From: an uncultured Bifidobacteriales bacterium
GTDB lineage: Bacteria > Fibrobacterota > Fibrobacteria > UBA11236
DNA: 48,112 nt
Assembly (NCBI GenBank): GCA_964401245.1
Contig: CAYNXV010000004.1
Span: 1 to 48,112 of the forward strand
Direction: 5' to 3'
This document shows, one piece after another, positions 8,804-16,925 of the stretch. The notes beneath the pieces were generated by a model. That model searched no databases. It had not been told where the DNA came from and worked only from the letters and a program-made list of their open reading frames with translations. Positions within the stretch are counted from its first letter, which is position 1; each line of letters opens with the position of its first letter. Position numbers and translations under genes: made by a program.

Positions 8804-8958
8804 TTAATCCCGGTACACTTCTCGTCTATGTGAAATCCGAATTACGATGACCACCAAGACCCCGTCATAGATTTCATACACAATCCGGTATTACCCGACC
8901 CAGATACGAAAAGCGTTTTTTGCGCCGGATAATTTCTTGCACCCGATGGGACGGGGAG
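8804..8958 (-). pseudogene. relE/parE toxin relic (3-prime roughly 50 codons, with an internal stop)
   Basis: 8801..8958 aligns to 2411..2568 (offset 6390) with scattered substitutions. The codon pair GGC GAA (Gly-Glu) of the intact copy reads GGG TAA here. The N-terminal half and the antitoxin are absent. Confidence 0.8.
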
Positions 8959-9156
8959 CGGCCGCAGCAAGGATGCATTGATCCAAAATCCCAACATCAT
9001 CAAAATGCTGTGAAAAAGGAGGTTTAATTATGTTTCCGTTCCTGGTCAGAAATCCTCATGGTACCCACAAAGATTGAGCGCTTGAAAAACAAATGGGTTA
9101 ACTTATGAGTTAGCGAGTATGGCATTTAGGGGAAAGATCAAATTTAGGAGGCTAAT

Positions 9157-11400
9157 ATGTACAGAAAAATGGTGCGACTGATATGTTTGATGCCGATTCT
9201 TCTATTTTCACATACTAGTTTCGCACAGAATGGTTCATTACTGGCAGCGGCTCAAGCGCTGTCTTCACACATTAAGGAAACAGCCAGTTTATCGGGAACG
9301 GCAATTGCCGGTCATTACAAAACTATTGAAGAAAATAAGGCCCTTTTAGATGGCAGTCCGGAAATCGTCACTGCTTTCCGGAATCTGATAAATACGTATG
9401 AAACAAAATACGGGGCATTCTTTTTGCCTGGGAGTGAAAAGGTGAGTTTTTCGCGTAATAATGAAACTACCGAAGATATTCACTGGGCAATATTTTCGAC
9501 AATGCAACTGATATTCGATGAAGTGTTCAATAAGGGGGGACTTAACGACCCGACAATTTTTCCCTTGATAGAAGGGTATCGTTTTGCCAGTTCTGCGCAG
9601 TTTCCAGGACTTTGTGAGCCTCCAACAAATCCGGATGCAAGTCATACGGTCAAAATAAACGGCAGTTTCAAAAAAACCTTCGGACGTGATACGCAAAACT
9701 GGGACTGGCCGGCACGGAAGCCTACCGGCACATATTTGGCACCGGGTACGATTGTGAAGGTAACGGTACCCTCAGTACTGGTCGGCAAAGGATACCAAAT
9801 CCGCGTTGGCGCCCACGCCTATGATCATGAAGAGCGAAACCGCAATCCGGTCAATCGGTTTTCCCGAATATCGCTGCTTTTCGATATTACCAATACGACG
9901 ATGACCGTTGCCAATCCCCTGGGGGGAGGTATTTATATCGAGGTACCGTCTGGTGCCGACGCCGGTATTGTGAATGTTACAATTACGGGTGCAGTCAGAT
10001 CTCCTTATTTTTCCGCGAAATCCTTTCATAAGACTTCCAATCAAGAATGGGTCAATGCGGAGCGTGGTTTTCCTGCTCCATGGGCCGATTTTCAAAGCGA
10101 AAAATTTATGATGCAGGTTCCGCGGGCATGGATTTATAAATTGGATGACCCTTCCAAACTGATAGCTGAGTGGGATGCCTCAGTGGACGCCGTCAATGAT
10201 CTCATGGGCTTTCCGCGGGTGCGTGGAAAAGAAACCATATATTTGCAAGCAGATGCCATATTAAAAGCCTCGGTGCATTCACCAGGATACCCGGCGGTTA
10301 ATGTTACTACCGGTAATCCGAATTCCGGCGACGGCTATGCAAACAACTATTTGATACGTGGACCGCAATATGGTTCAGAAACGGAATTTCACGAACTGGG
10401 ACACTCCTATAGATTCCCCCGGATGGCCTATACCAATGAAGCTGAAGTAAATCTTCACTATGTGACCATGGCAAACACCGTGTATGATATGGACATCGGT
10501 AAAGCTTTTTTCAGGGCATATGCGCCTGGAAACAGAATCACTGAAAAACAGATAGAGAACACGGCCCAATATTGGATGATAGGATCTCTTTTCCGAAATG
10601 GTGCTGAAATGCAGAGTTGGGAAGAAACCTATAAACCAGCGGGGTACGCGCGATTAGTGGATTTTGGTCGATTGTTCGGCTGGGAGGGGCTGGGAAAATA
10701 TTGGTATTCCTTCAATCATGATCATGAAAATGGTTTGCAATCACCGGGGAATAATGATGGGAAAATGGTAAGGCTATGTGAAACTTCAGGCCTGGACATC
10801 CGCCCCCTCTGGCATTTTTGGGGGAAACATCCGCAGGACAGTGCGGAAGTGAGAAGACAGGTTGAAAAACTCGGTTTGAAACCATCACGAAAAATATATG
10901 ACATATTGAATATCTACAAAGACAACTTTATTCCCGCCAACAATGCTGAATTCCGGGCATTTTGTCAAATCTGGTTTGGTAAAGAGCCTAGCCTGACCGG
11001 AATCGGTACTGAAAACGACAGAGCAAAACAACTTGCCAGTTATAACGAAGAAACGGCTGATAGCATAAGCAGTATGGTGCAAAGCATAATTGATTTATAC
11101 TTTCCCGAGGGACAACCCCCTGCAAATATTGAACATAACATGCTTCCAGAATTAAAATATGGAAGAGCCATTACAGTATTCCCGTTACTGATTAATGACA
11201 GTTTCACCGTAAATTTCAACCCCGGTGTATATGATATGGTAAAAATCATGAGTTTGTCCGGCAGAGAAATCCAAAGTCGGAAGATACCAGCATCCAAATC
11301 GACATTGAATATGAACATCAATGAATTGAATCGCGGCAAGTATATTTTGATGATGAGCGGTGAGAAAACAAATCAAGCGGTTAAAATAATCAAGGAATAA
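9157..11400 (+). CDS. M60-like (enhancin/TCAF-like) zinc metallopeptidase with C-terminal T9SS sorting domain
   Basis: Signal peptide, then the HEXXH motif in TEFHELGHSY. The last roughly 80 aa (ITVFPLLINDSFTVNF...MSLSGREIQS...LNRGKYILMMSGEKTNQAVKIIKE) fit the Por secretion tail pattern. A strong SD sequence TAGGAGG precedes the start. Confidence 0.8.
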   Translation: MYRKMVRLICLMPILLFSHTSFAQNGSLLAAAQALSSHIKETASLSGTAIAGHYKTIEENKALLDGSPEIVTAFRNLINTYETKYGAFFLPGSEKVSFSRNNETTEDIHWAIFSTMQLIFDEVFNKGGLNDPTIFPLIEGYRFASSAQFPGLCEPPTNPDASHTVKINGSFKKTFGRDTQNWDWPARKPTGTYLAPGTIVKVTVPSVLVGKGYQIRVGAHAYDHEERNRNPVNRFSRISLLFDITNTTMTVANPLGGGIYIEVPSGADAGIVNVTITGAVRSPYFSAKSFHKTSNQEWVNAERGFPAPWADFQSEKFMMQVPRAWIYKLDDPSKLIAEWDASVDAVNDLMGFPRVRGKETIYLQADAILKASVHSPGYPAVNVTTGNPNSGDGYANNYLIRGPQYGSETEFHELGHSYRFPRMAYTNEAEVNLHYVTMANTVYDMDIGKAFFRAYAPGNRITEKQIENTAQYWMIGSLFRNGAEMQSWEETYKPAGYARLVDFGRLFGWEGLGKYWYSFNHDHENGLQSPGNNDGKMVRLCETSGLDIRPLWHFWGKHPQDSAEVRRQVEKLGLKPSRKIYDILNIYKDNFIPANNAEFRAFCQIWFGKEPSLTGIGTENDRAKQLASYNEETADSISSMVQSIIDLYFPEGQPPANIEHNMLPELKYGRAITVFPLLINDSFTVNFNPGVYDMVKIMSLSGREIQSRKIPASKSTLNMNINELNRGKYILMMSGEKTNQAVKIIKE

Positions 11401-11404
11401 TTAT

Positions 11405-13018
11405 ATGAATTGCATCATATTTATTTTGGGATTCGCCTTGTCTATTGTTTCCGCTAAAGACATTCAGATCAGCGGAACAATAAAGGACGTCGTTTCGCGT
11501 GAGGCGATCAAGGGAGCTACCGTGACGCTTTCCGGATCTGATTTATCGGATATTTCAGATGCGCAAGGGGCATTTGATCTTGTGGGCACGGTGTCCATCT
11601 TCAAGCCAGGCGTGATTGCAGGGCTTGCCGCTTTTGGTAGGGGTGGGCTGAAGTTCAATCTTGATAAAAATGAACACGTTTCTGTGACCACCAGGACGAT
11701 ACACGGAAGAACGCTTTACCAAGTAGAGAAAAGATTAGACGCTGGAAGTTACGAAATGACTTTGCCCGCCATGGATGCCGGGATACTGGTGTGCGAATTG
11801 CGCATCGGGAATCGGGTTTATTCACTGAAGAAACCCAACTTAGCCGCCACCGTCACCGGGCAGCCCGGGTTCAGGAAGACGATGTCCTCCAAGAAAGAAC
11901 GTTTGAGCAAGCGCGCGGCGGATATTGACACATTGCGCATCACTGCTTCTGGGTATCAATCAGCAATGGTCCCCGTGGATAATTTCACGGTGTCAAACCT
12001 GGAAGTTTTCCTGACGCCGAAATCCACTACTGGTTATGGGAGGAAGGATTCCAACATGGTGATGCCTGACCCGGATAATAAGCCCGGAGCAACCGATAAA
12101 CCGCTTAAGGTATTTATCTTGACGGGCCAATCCAACATGTTGGGCTATGGCAATATAGGTGACCTTTTGGAATTGGCAAAAACAGAGGAAGCTTATTCCC
12201 ATCTGGTTGACGAACAGGGAAACTGGAACGAACGGAAAGATGTGTATGCGATCCATGTTATGTCGGGAAGCGTACGGAAAAAAGGATATCTATTGCCCAA
12301 CACGCTCCACAACAATTTTGGCGTTGACTTTCAATTCGGCCATGTCATGGGGTTCACGCAGGATGAACAGGTGCTTCTCCTCAAAGCCGCAATAGGTAAT
12401 AGATCCCTGGGGTGGGATATTCTCCCTCCGGGCAGTGAGCGTTATGACTACAATAATCAGACCTTTGCCGGGTATGGAGACTCGATTGACGTCTGGCCGG
12501 CAAACGAAACCTATGAACAGCAGGCGGACAGATATGTCAACTGGTATGCCGGCAAGCAGTATGATGATTACGCGTCCGATGCAAAAATGGTATTAAAGAA
12601 CCTTTCCACTCATTTCCCCGATTATAAGGGTCAGGGATACGAAATAGCCGGTTTTGTATGGTTCCAGGGTGCAAAGGATGCGGGCAACACAGGTCATGCT
12701 GTTCAATATGAAAAAAATCTGGTCCGGTTTATCAAGGAGCTCCGGAAAACCTTCGATGCACCCAAGGCCAAATTCGTGTGTGCCACTATTACAGCCCCTG
12801 GAGGTGCCTCCGGCAATACCAGGATTATTGCCGATGCGCAGCTGGCAGTGAGCGGAGATGCCGGCAATTACCCGGAGTTTGCGGGTAATGTTTTGACTAC
12901 CGATTCCGATGGTTATAATCCGCCTGGCAGTGCGAATGCACACTATGGTGGCGACGCCAAATTCATTTACCGTGTAGGAAATGCCATGGGCTGGGCTATG
13001 GCGGAGCTATTGCGATAA
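11405..13018 (+). CDS. Sialate O-acetylesterase-family (SASA/DUF303) carbohydrate esterase with N-terminal CarboxypepD_reg-like module
   Basis: Signal peptide, then ISGTIKD...GATVTLSG...DAQGAFDL (carboxypeptidase-regulatory-like fold). The KVFILTGQSNMLGYG motif is characteristic of SASA esterases. It starts 4 nt after the M60 gene stop, so the two form an operon. Confidence 0.8.
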   Translation: MNCIIFILGFALSIVSAKDIQISGTIKDVVSREAIKGATVTLSGSDLSDISDAQGAFDLVGTVSIFKPGVIAGLAAFGRGGLKFNLDKNEHVSVTTRTIHGRTLYQVEKRLDAGSYEMTLPAMDAGILVCELRIGNRVYSLKKPNLAATVTGQPGFRKTMSSKKERLSKRAADIDTLRITASGYQSAMVPVDNFTVSNLEVFLTPKSTTGYGRKDSNMVMPDPDNKPGATDKPLKVFILTGQSNMLGYGNIGDLLELAKTEEAYSHLVDEQGNWNERKDVYAIHVMSGSVRKKGYLLPNTLHNNFGVDFQFGHVMGFTQDEQVLLLKAAIGNRSLGWDILPPGSERYDYNNQTFAGYGDSIDVWPANETYEQQADRYVNWYAGKQYDDYASDAKMVLKNLSTHFPDYKGQGYEIAGFVWFQGAKDAGNTGHAVQYEKNLVRFIKELRKTFDAPKAKFVCATITAPGGASGNTRIIADAQLAVSGDAGNYPEFAGNVLTTDSDGYNPPGSANAHYGGDAKFIYRVGNAMGWAMAELLR

Positions 13019-13177
13019 ATCTGGACTGAACTGTCCCGCCGGATCCGGTATCAACTCGCTCCATATACCGATCCGCATTTGATGGCGAAGCCCCTGAGCG
13101 AAAGATATAGAGGTCCTTATTTTACTTTTCTATTCATAATTAAAATACTGAAATCCATGTTTTACCCGGTGCGACAC

Positions 13178-13609
13178 TTAGCGAGGGGCCACCATGAGTT
13201 TTAAGCCCAATGCCTCCAACACTGCTTCTAAGCTACTCAGGCGAGGGTTGCCTTTCTTAGAAAGCATGTCATAAAGGCCCTCTCGGTTTAAATGGGTCTT
13301 TCGGGCGACCTTAGCCATTCCGCCCTGAGCCCTGATGATATCTTGAAGGGCCAGTAGAAATAAGCCCGGGTTTTCTTCTTCAAGACAGGTATTTAAATAG
13401 CCGATAGCCTCCTCCGGATCCGCTAGGCGCCGGTCAAGGAAGTCTTCAATAGGGAAGCTAGGAGGAACGCCTTTTTTTGAAGTCTTCCCAACATTGGAGG
13501 GCTTTTTCGATATCCTTTCGCTGCGACGCTTTGGAACCCCCAAAGAGGAGGAGGATAAACGTTTTGTTTTTTTTCCCGCAGTAGATCCGATAACCTGGGC
13601 CATAATCAA
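13178..13609 (-). CDS. Addiction-module antidote protein (HI1420/HigA-like HTH); start codon unresolved
   Basis: FLDRRLADPEEAIGYLNTCLEEENPGLFLLALQDIIRAQGGMAKVARKTHLNREGLYDMLSKKGNPRLSSLEAVLEALGLKL matches the pattern of the antidote family found downstream of killer proteins. The only canonical in-frame starts (13609/13603) lie about 150 nt inside the toxin gene. See the finding on the A7 tract. Confidence 0.7.
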   Translation of the reverse strand: MIMAQVIGSTAGKKTKRLSSSSLGVPKRRSERISKKPSNVGKTSKKGVPPSFPIEDFLDRRLADPEEAIGYLNTCLEEENPGLFLLALQDIIRAQGGMAKVARKTHLNREGLYDMLSKKGNPRLSSLEAVLEALGLKLMVAPR

Positions 13610-13799
13610 TCCTTAACTCGTAAATTCCGTCAAAAAACTTGAAGTCTCCCAAATTGCCTTGCCTCAATAAACCAAGGCGTTTCTGGACTATGTTGATTGC
13701 TTTCAAATCCTTGAGAGAATCAAACCATTCCACAAATGGAGACCGCCCCTCAGTAGTCTGATAAATTTCGACCTGATTAGGCTTTGTCTCCACACCCAA
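13458..13799 (-). CDS. Addiction-module killer protein (RelE/ParE superfamily, Gp49/HI1419-like)
   Basis: EIYQTTEGRSPFVEWFDSLKDLKAINIVQKRLGLLRQGNLGDFKFFDGIYELRIDYGPGYRIYCGKKNKTFILLLFGGSKASQRKDIEKA is the canonical killer-protein pattern. The start is TTG (13799) or GTG (13793). Confidence 0.8.
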   Translation of the reverse strand: MGVETKPNQVEIYQTTEGRSPFVEWFDSLKDLKAINIVQKRLGLLRQGNLGDFKFFDGIYELRIDYGPGYRIYCGKKNKTFILLLFGGSKASQRKDIEKALQCWEDFKKRRSS

Positions 13800-13803
13800 T
13801 AAA

Positions 13804-13821
13804 TGTAGGTTATACCCTACA
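13804..13821 (-). promoter_or_regulatory. Putative operator of the killer/antidote operon
   Basis: Inverted repeat TGTAGG-ttatac-CCTACA lies immediately upstream of the toxin start. Confidence 0.35.
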
Positions 13822-14019
13822 ATAAGTCAAGTAAAAGGAAAGGAGCGCCTGAACAGTCCGGTAGGTATAAACCCGGGTACCAATCCTAGGGTTACGACTG
13901 ATCGCCTATCCGGGTGTACCAAGGCCACCGATACTTTGAATGTATTTGTCCCCCCCAGCTTCACCAATTCCCTAGAACTCCCCACTAGGTTTCATACCAC
14001 CGAATTCTAATTTGTCTTT

Positions 14020-16524
14020 ATGGCACATACGAAGCGTCCCGTGGACTCCCATCCCATGCCCGAATCCAATCCCGGTCCAGGGGAGGTGGAAGCGGAAAGG
14101 CGGCGGCTTATTCTCGATTCGGCGCTGGACGCCATCATCACCATCGACGCCCAGGGTCTGGTCCAGGATTGGAACAAAAGGGCCGAGATTATGTTCGGTT
14201 GGACCGCGCAGGAGGCCCAGGGCCAGGTCATGAGCGGAATGATCATTCCTCCCCAACACCGCCAAGGCCATGAGCGCGGGATGCGACATTTCCTCGCTAC
14301 CGGCGAAGGCCCCATCCTCAATCGCCGCCTGGAAATCACCGCCCTGCGCCGGGATGGGGGAGTGTTTCCCATCGAATTGTCGGTGGCTCCGGCCCGCATC
14401 GACGGAAAGTGGATGTTCTCCTCCTTTATCCGCGATCTCACCGAACAAAAGGCGGCCGAGAACCGGAATTTCCTGCAATCCGCCACCACCCGCATTCTGG
14501 CCGAGGTCTCGTCCCTGGAACAGGGCATAGGCGCCATTCTGGAAGCCATCCTGGAAAGAACGTCCTGGGAGGTATGCGGATTCTGGCAACACGACGGGTA
14601 TGTGGACGGACTGCGATTGTCCGACATGCGGTATAAACCCGACGGGCCTTTCGAGGCGTTTTTGGCTGTAAGCCGGCAAATGCGCATTGCGGAGAAGGTG
14701 AGCATTCCCGGACGGATCGAGGCGGAGGGTAAACCTGTTTGGATAGTTTCGCTGGCGGAGGACCCTGGCTTTCTCCGCAAGCCCCAGGCCATGGAGGCAG
14801 GGTTCAAATCGGGATTGGCTTTTCCCGTGTATCTCGGAAATAATCTGCTGGGGGTTTTCGAATTCTATTCCCGGGAAGAACTCCCCGAAAGCCCGGAGCT
14901 GATCGAAACCCTGGTTTCCATGGGGCGGCAATTGGGCCAATTCATGGAAAGGAAGCGGGCCGAGGCGGATTTGCGGCGGCGCGACGAACAGCTCGAGTTG
15001 ATCATGGATGCGGCCCCGGCCCTTATCAGCTATATCGGGGCCGATAGGCGTTACCAGTTCAACAACCTGGCCTATGAGCAATGGTTCGGGCATGCCAAGG
15101 CGGAGATTATCGGAAAAACCATGTGGGAGGTATTGGGCGACGCGGCATATGCCAAGCTCAAGCCGCGGGTGGACGCAGCCTTGGCCGGCGAGGTACAAAC
15201 CTTCGAAGACATGCTACCCTACCGAGAGGGAGGTACCCGCTATGTGGAGGGGCATTATCTACCCCATCGCCGGGCCGACGGGGTGATCGAGGGATTCATC
15301 GTCTTCATTGTCGATCTCAGCGAAAGGCGCAAAACCGAGGACGCCTTGCGCGAAAGCGAAGACAGGCTGCGCCAATCCCAGAAAATGGAAGCCATCGGTC
15401 GGCTGGCCGGCGGAATCGCTCATGACTTCAACAATCTTCTGACGGGTATCATCGGTTTTTCCGAATTGGCCATGCTCTCCATCGACGAAAAGCAGTCTAC
15501 CCTCGAAATGCTGGCCGACATCAAGAGATCGGGCGAAAGGGCGGCGTTGCTCACCAGCCAATTGCTGGCCTTCAGCCGCAAGCAAATCCTTTCGCCCAAG
15601 GTGTTGGATTTGAACTCGGTGATGAGCGGGATGGAATCCCTGCTTAAGCGCGTCATCGGCGAAAACCTGAATTTCGTCACCGTATTCCGGCCCCACCTCA
15701 AGCCGGTGCGCATCGATCCCAACCAATTGGAGCAAATCATCCTCAACCTCGCCATCAATGCGCGAGACGCCATGCCCACGGGAGGAAAATTGACCCTGGA
15801 AACCTTCGCCATGGAGGTGGAGGAATCGACTCTGGGCGCTTATCTCGATGCGCGGCCCGGGCCGCACGTGGTGTTGGCGGTCAGCGACACCGGCATCGGC
15901 ATGCCGGCCGAAGTGAAGGAAAGATTGTTCGAACCTTTTTTCACCACCAAGGAGCGCGGCAAAGGCACCGGCATGGGCCTGGCCACGGTGTATGGCATCG
16001 TCAAGCAAAGCGGCGGCCATATCCATGTCTTCTCCGAGCCGGGCAAGGGTTCCAGCTTCAAAATCTTTTTTCCGGCCGTGAACGAAGGCCTGGATATGGA
16101 AAAGTCGCCCGAAGAAAAATCCCCGCTGGTCAGGGGGAATGGGGAGACCATTCTGCTGGTCGAGGACGAGGAATTGGTGCGTACGTATGCCTACAAGGTA
16201 TTGACGGGCCTGGGGTACGACGTGCGCATGGCCGTGCATGGAAAGGAGGCGTTGGATATCATCGCCGAGACTCCCATCCCATTCCGTCTCTTGTTGACGG
16301 ATGTGGTGATGCCGGAAATGAGCGGCCGGGAATTATGGGAGAAGGTGAAAATCCTGCATCCGACCACGCGCGTGCTGTTCATGTCCGGTTACACCGATAA
16401 TGCCATCGTACATCAAGGGGTACTGGACCCCGACGCGCCTTTTCTGCCCAAGCCCTTTTCCCCGGCGCAATTGGCGGAGAAAGTGGGACAGGCGCTATCC
16501 CCGATGTCCACGCCCGCCCCATAA
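14020..16524 (+). CDS. Hybrid sensor histidine kinase (PAS-GAF-PAS-HisKA-HATPase-REC)
   Basis: PAS-like LDSALDAIITID, then a GAF-like middle region. H-box MEAIGRLAGGIAHDFNNLLTGI, N-box LNLAINARDAMP, G-boxes DTGIGM and GKGTGMGLA. C-terminal receiver ILLVEDEELVR...DVVMPEMSG...KPF. Confidence 0.9.
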   Translation: MAHTKRPVDSHPMPESNPGPGEVEAERRRLILDSALDAIITIDAQGLVQDWNKRAEIMFGWTAQEAQGQVMSGMIIPPQHRQGHERGMRHFLATGEGPILNRRLEITALRRDGGVFPIELSVAPARIDGKWMFSSFIRDLTEQKAAENRNFLQSATTRILAEVSSLEQGIGAILEAILERTSWEVCGFWQHDGYVDGLRLSDMRYKPDGPFEAFLAVSRQMRIAEKVSIPGRIEAEGKPVWIVSLAEDPGFLRKPQAMEAGFKSGLAFPVYLGNNLLGVFEFYSREELPESPELIETLVSMGRQLGQFMERKRAEADLRRRDEQLELIMDAAPALISYIGADRRYQFNNLAYEQWFGHAKAEIIGKTMWEVLGDAAYAKLKPRVDAALAGEVQTFEDMLPYREGGTRYVEGHYLPHRRADGVIEGFIVFIVDLSERRKTEDALRESEDRLRQSQKMEAIGRLAGGIAHDFNNLLTGIIGFSELAMLSIDEKQSTLEMLADIKRSGERAALLTSQLLAFSRKQILSPKVLDLNSVMSGMESLLKRVIGENLNFVTVFRPHLKPVRIDPNQLEQIILNLAINARDAMPTGGKLTLETFAMEVEESTLGAYLDARPGPHVVLAVSDTGIGMPAEVKERLFEPFFTTKERGKGTGMGLATVYGIVKQSGGHIHVFSEPGKGSSFKIFFPAVNEGLDMEKSPEEKSPLVRGNGETILLVEDEELVRTYAYKVLTGLGYDVRMAVHGKEALDIIAETPIPFRLLLTDVVMPEMSGRELWEKVKILHPTTRVLFMSGYTDNAIVHQGVLDPDAPFLPKPFSPAQLAEKVGQALSPMSTPAP

Positions 16525-16611
16525 TATCGTAACAGCGCATTGCTATAATTACCTTCGGGCGGATTACCGATTCAATCCACCGTCGAAGTTATTGAGGCGC
16601 CAAAGAAAATC

Positions 16612-16815
16612 GTGTGGATGGGTAAAGCACTCGGAACCAAGGCAAGGCATACATGGCTGCTTTCCGAGAATAACGGATTAACGACGGTGCAATCATCCGA
16701 AGGTATGGAAGGCTGGCTTGTCTCTCTTATCGGATTCTTTGACAAGAATTTTCTGGATAAAGCGTTGGCTGCGGTACTCCATGACCTTAAGGTTGCCGCT
16801 GAATTGCAGAGTTAA
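16612..16815 (+). pseudogene. Possible C-terminal fragment of an SRPBCC (START/polyketide-cyclase-like) protein
   Basis: ...APKKIVWMGKALGTKARHTWLLSENNGLTTVQSSEGMEGWLVSLIGFF..LDKALAAVLHDLKVAAE resembles the distal half of SRPBCC proteins. The open frame is only about 80 codons after an upstream TAA, and the N-terminal half is missing. Confidence 0.3.
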
Positions 16816-16925
16816 CAAATCGCTTAACATACTTGATTGAGTCGAAATTCAAAATGGATGATTTTCAGGCGGTTTGCTATTTTTTAAAACCAAAGTGCTT
16901 GTCATGCCATAAATAGGGAGCGCGC

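Noticed and set aside
13040-13075. An imperfect hairpin CGGATCCGGTAT...ATACCGATCCG after the esterase gene, considered as a terminator.
   Set aside because: The stem has a bulge, the loop is 13 nt, and only a weak T-tract (ATTT) follows. It is plausible but not supportable as a confident terminator.
13972-15198. Long ORFs antisense to, or out of frame with, clearly motif-bearing genes. Examples: 13972..15198, 14007..14807, 15259..16239, 16902..17780, 21487..22590, 22945..23688, 24266..24997, 25475..26059 and 27875..28468. Further examples: 29661..30836, 32183..32986, 32595..33530, 35126..36070, 37080..37751, 38059..38949, 40109..40798, 41400..41987, 45009..46874 and 46706..47722.
   Set aside because: They lie opposite genes with unambiguous catalytic or domain motifs (kinases, catalase, RND, HtrA, PoxB, GGDEF, PfkB). 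They have Arg/Gly/Pro-rich low-complexity translations typical of shadow ORFs in GC-rich DNA, and show no recognisable motifs.
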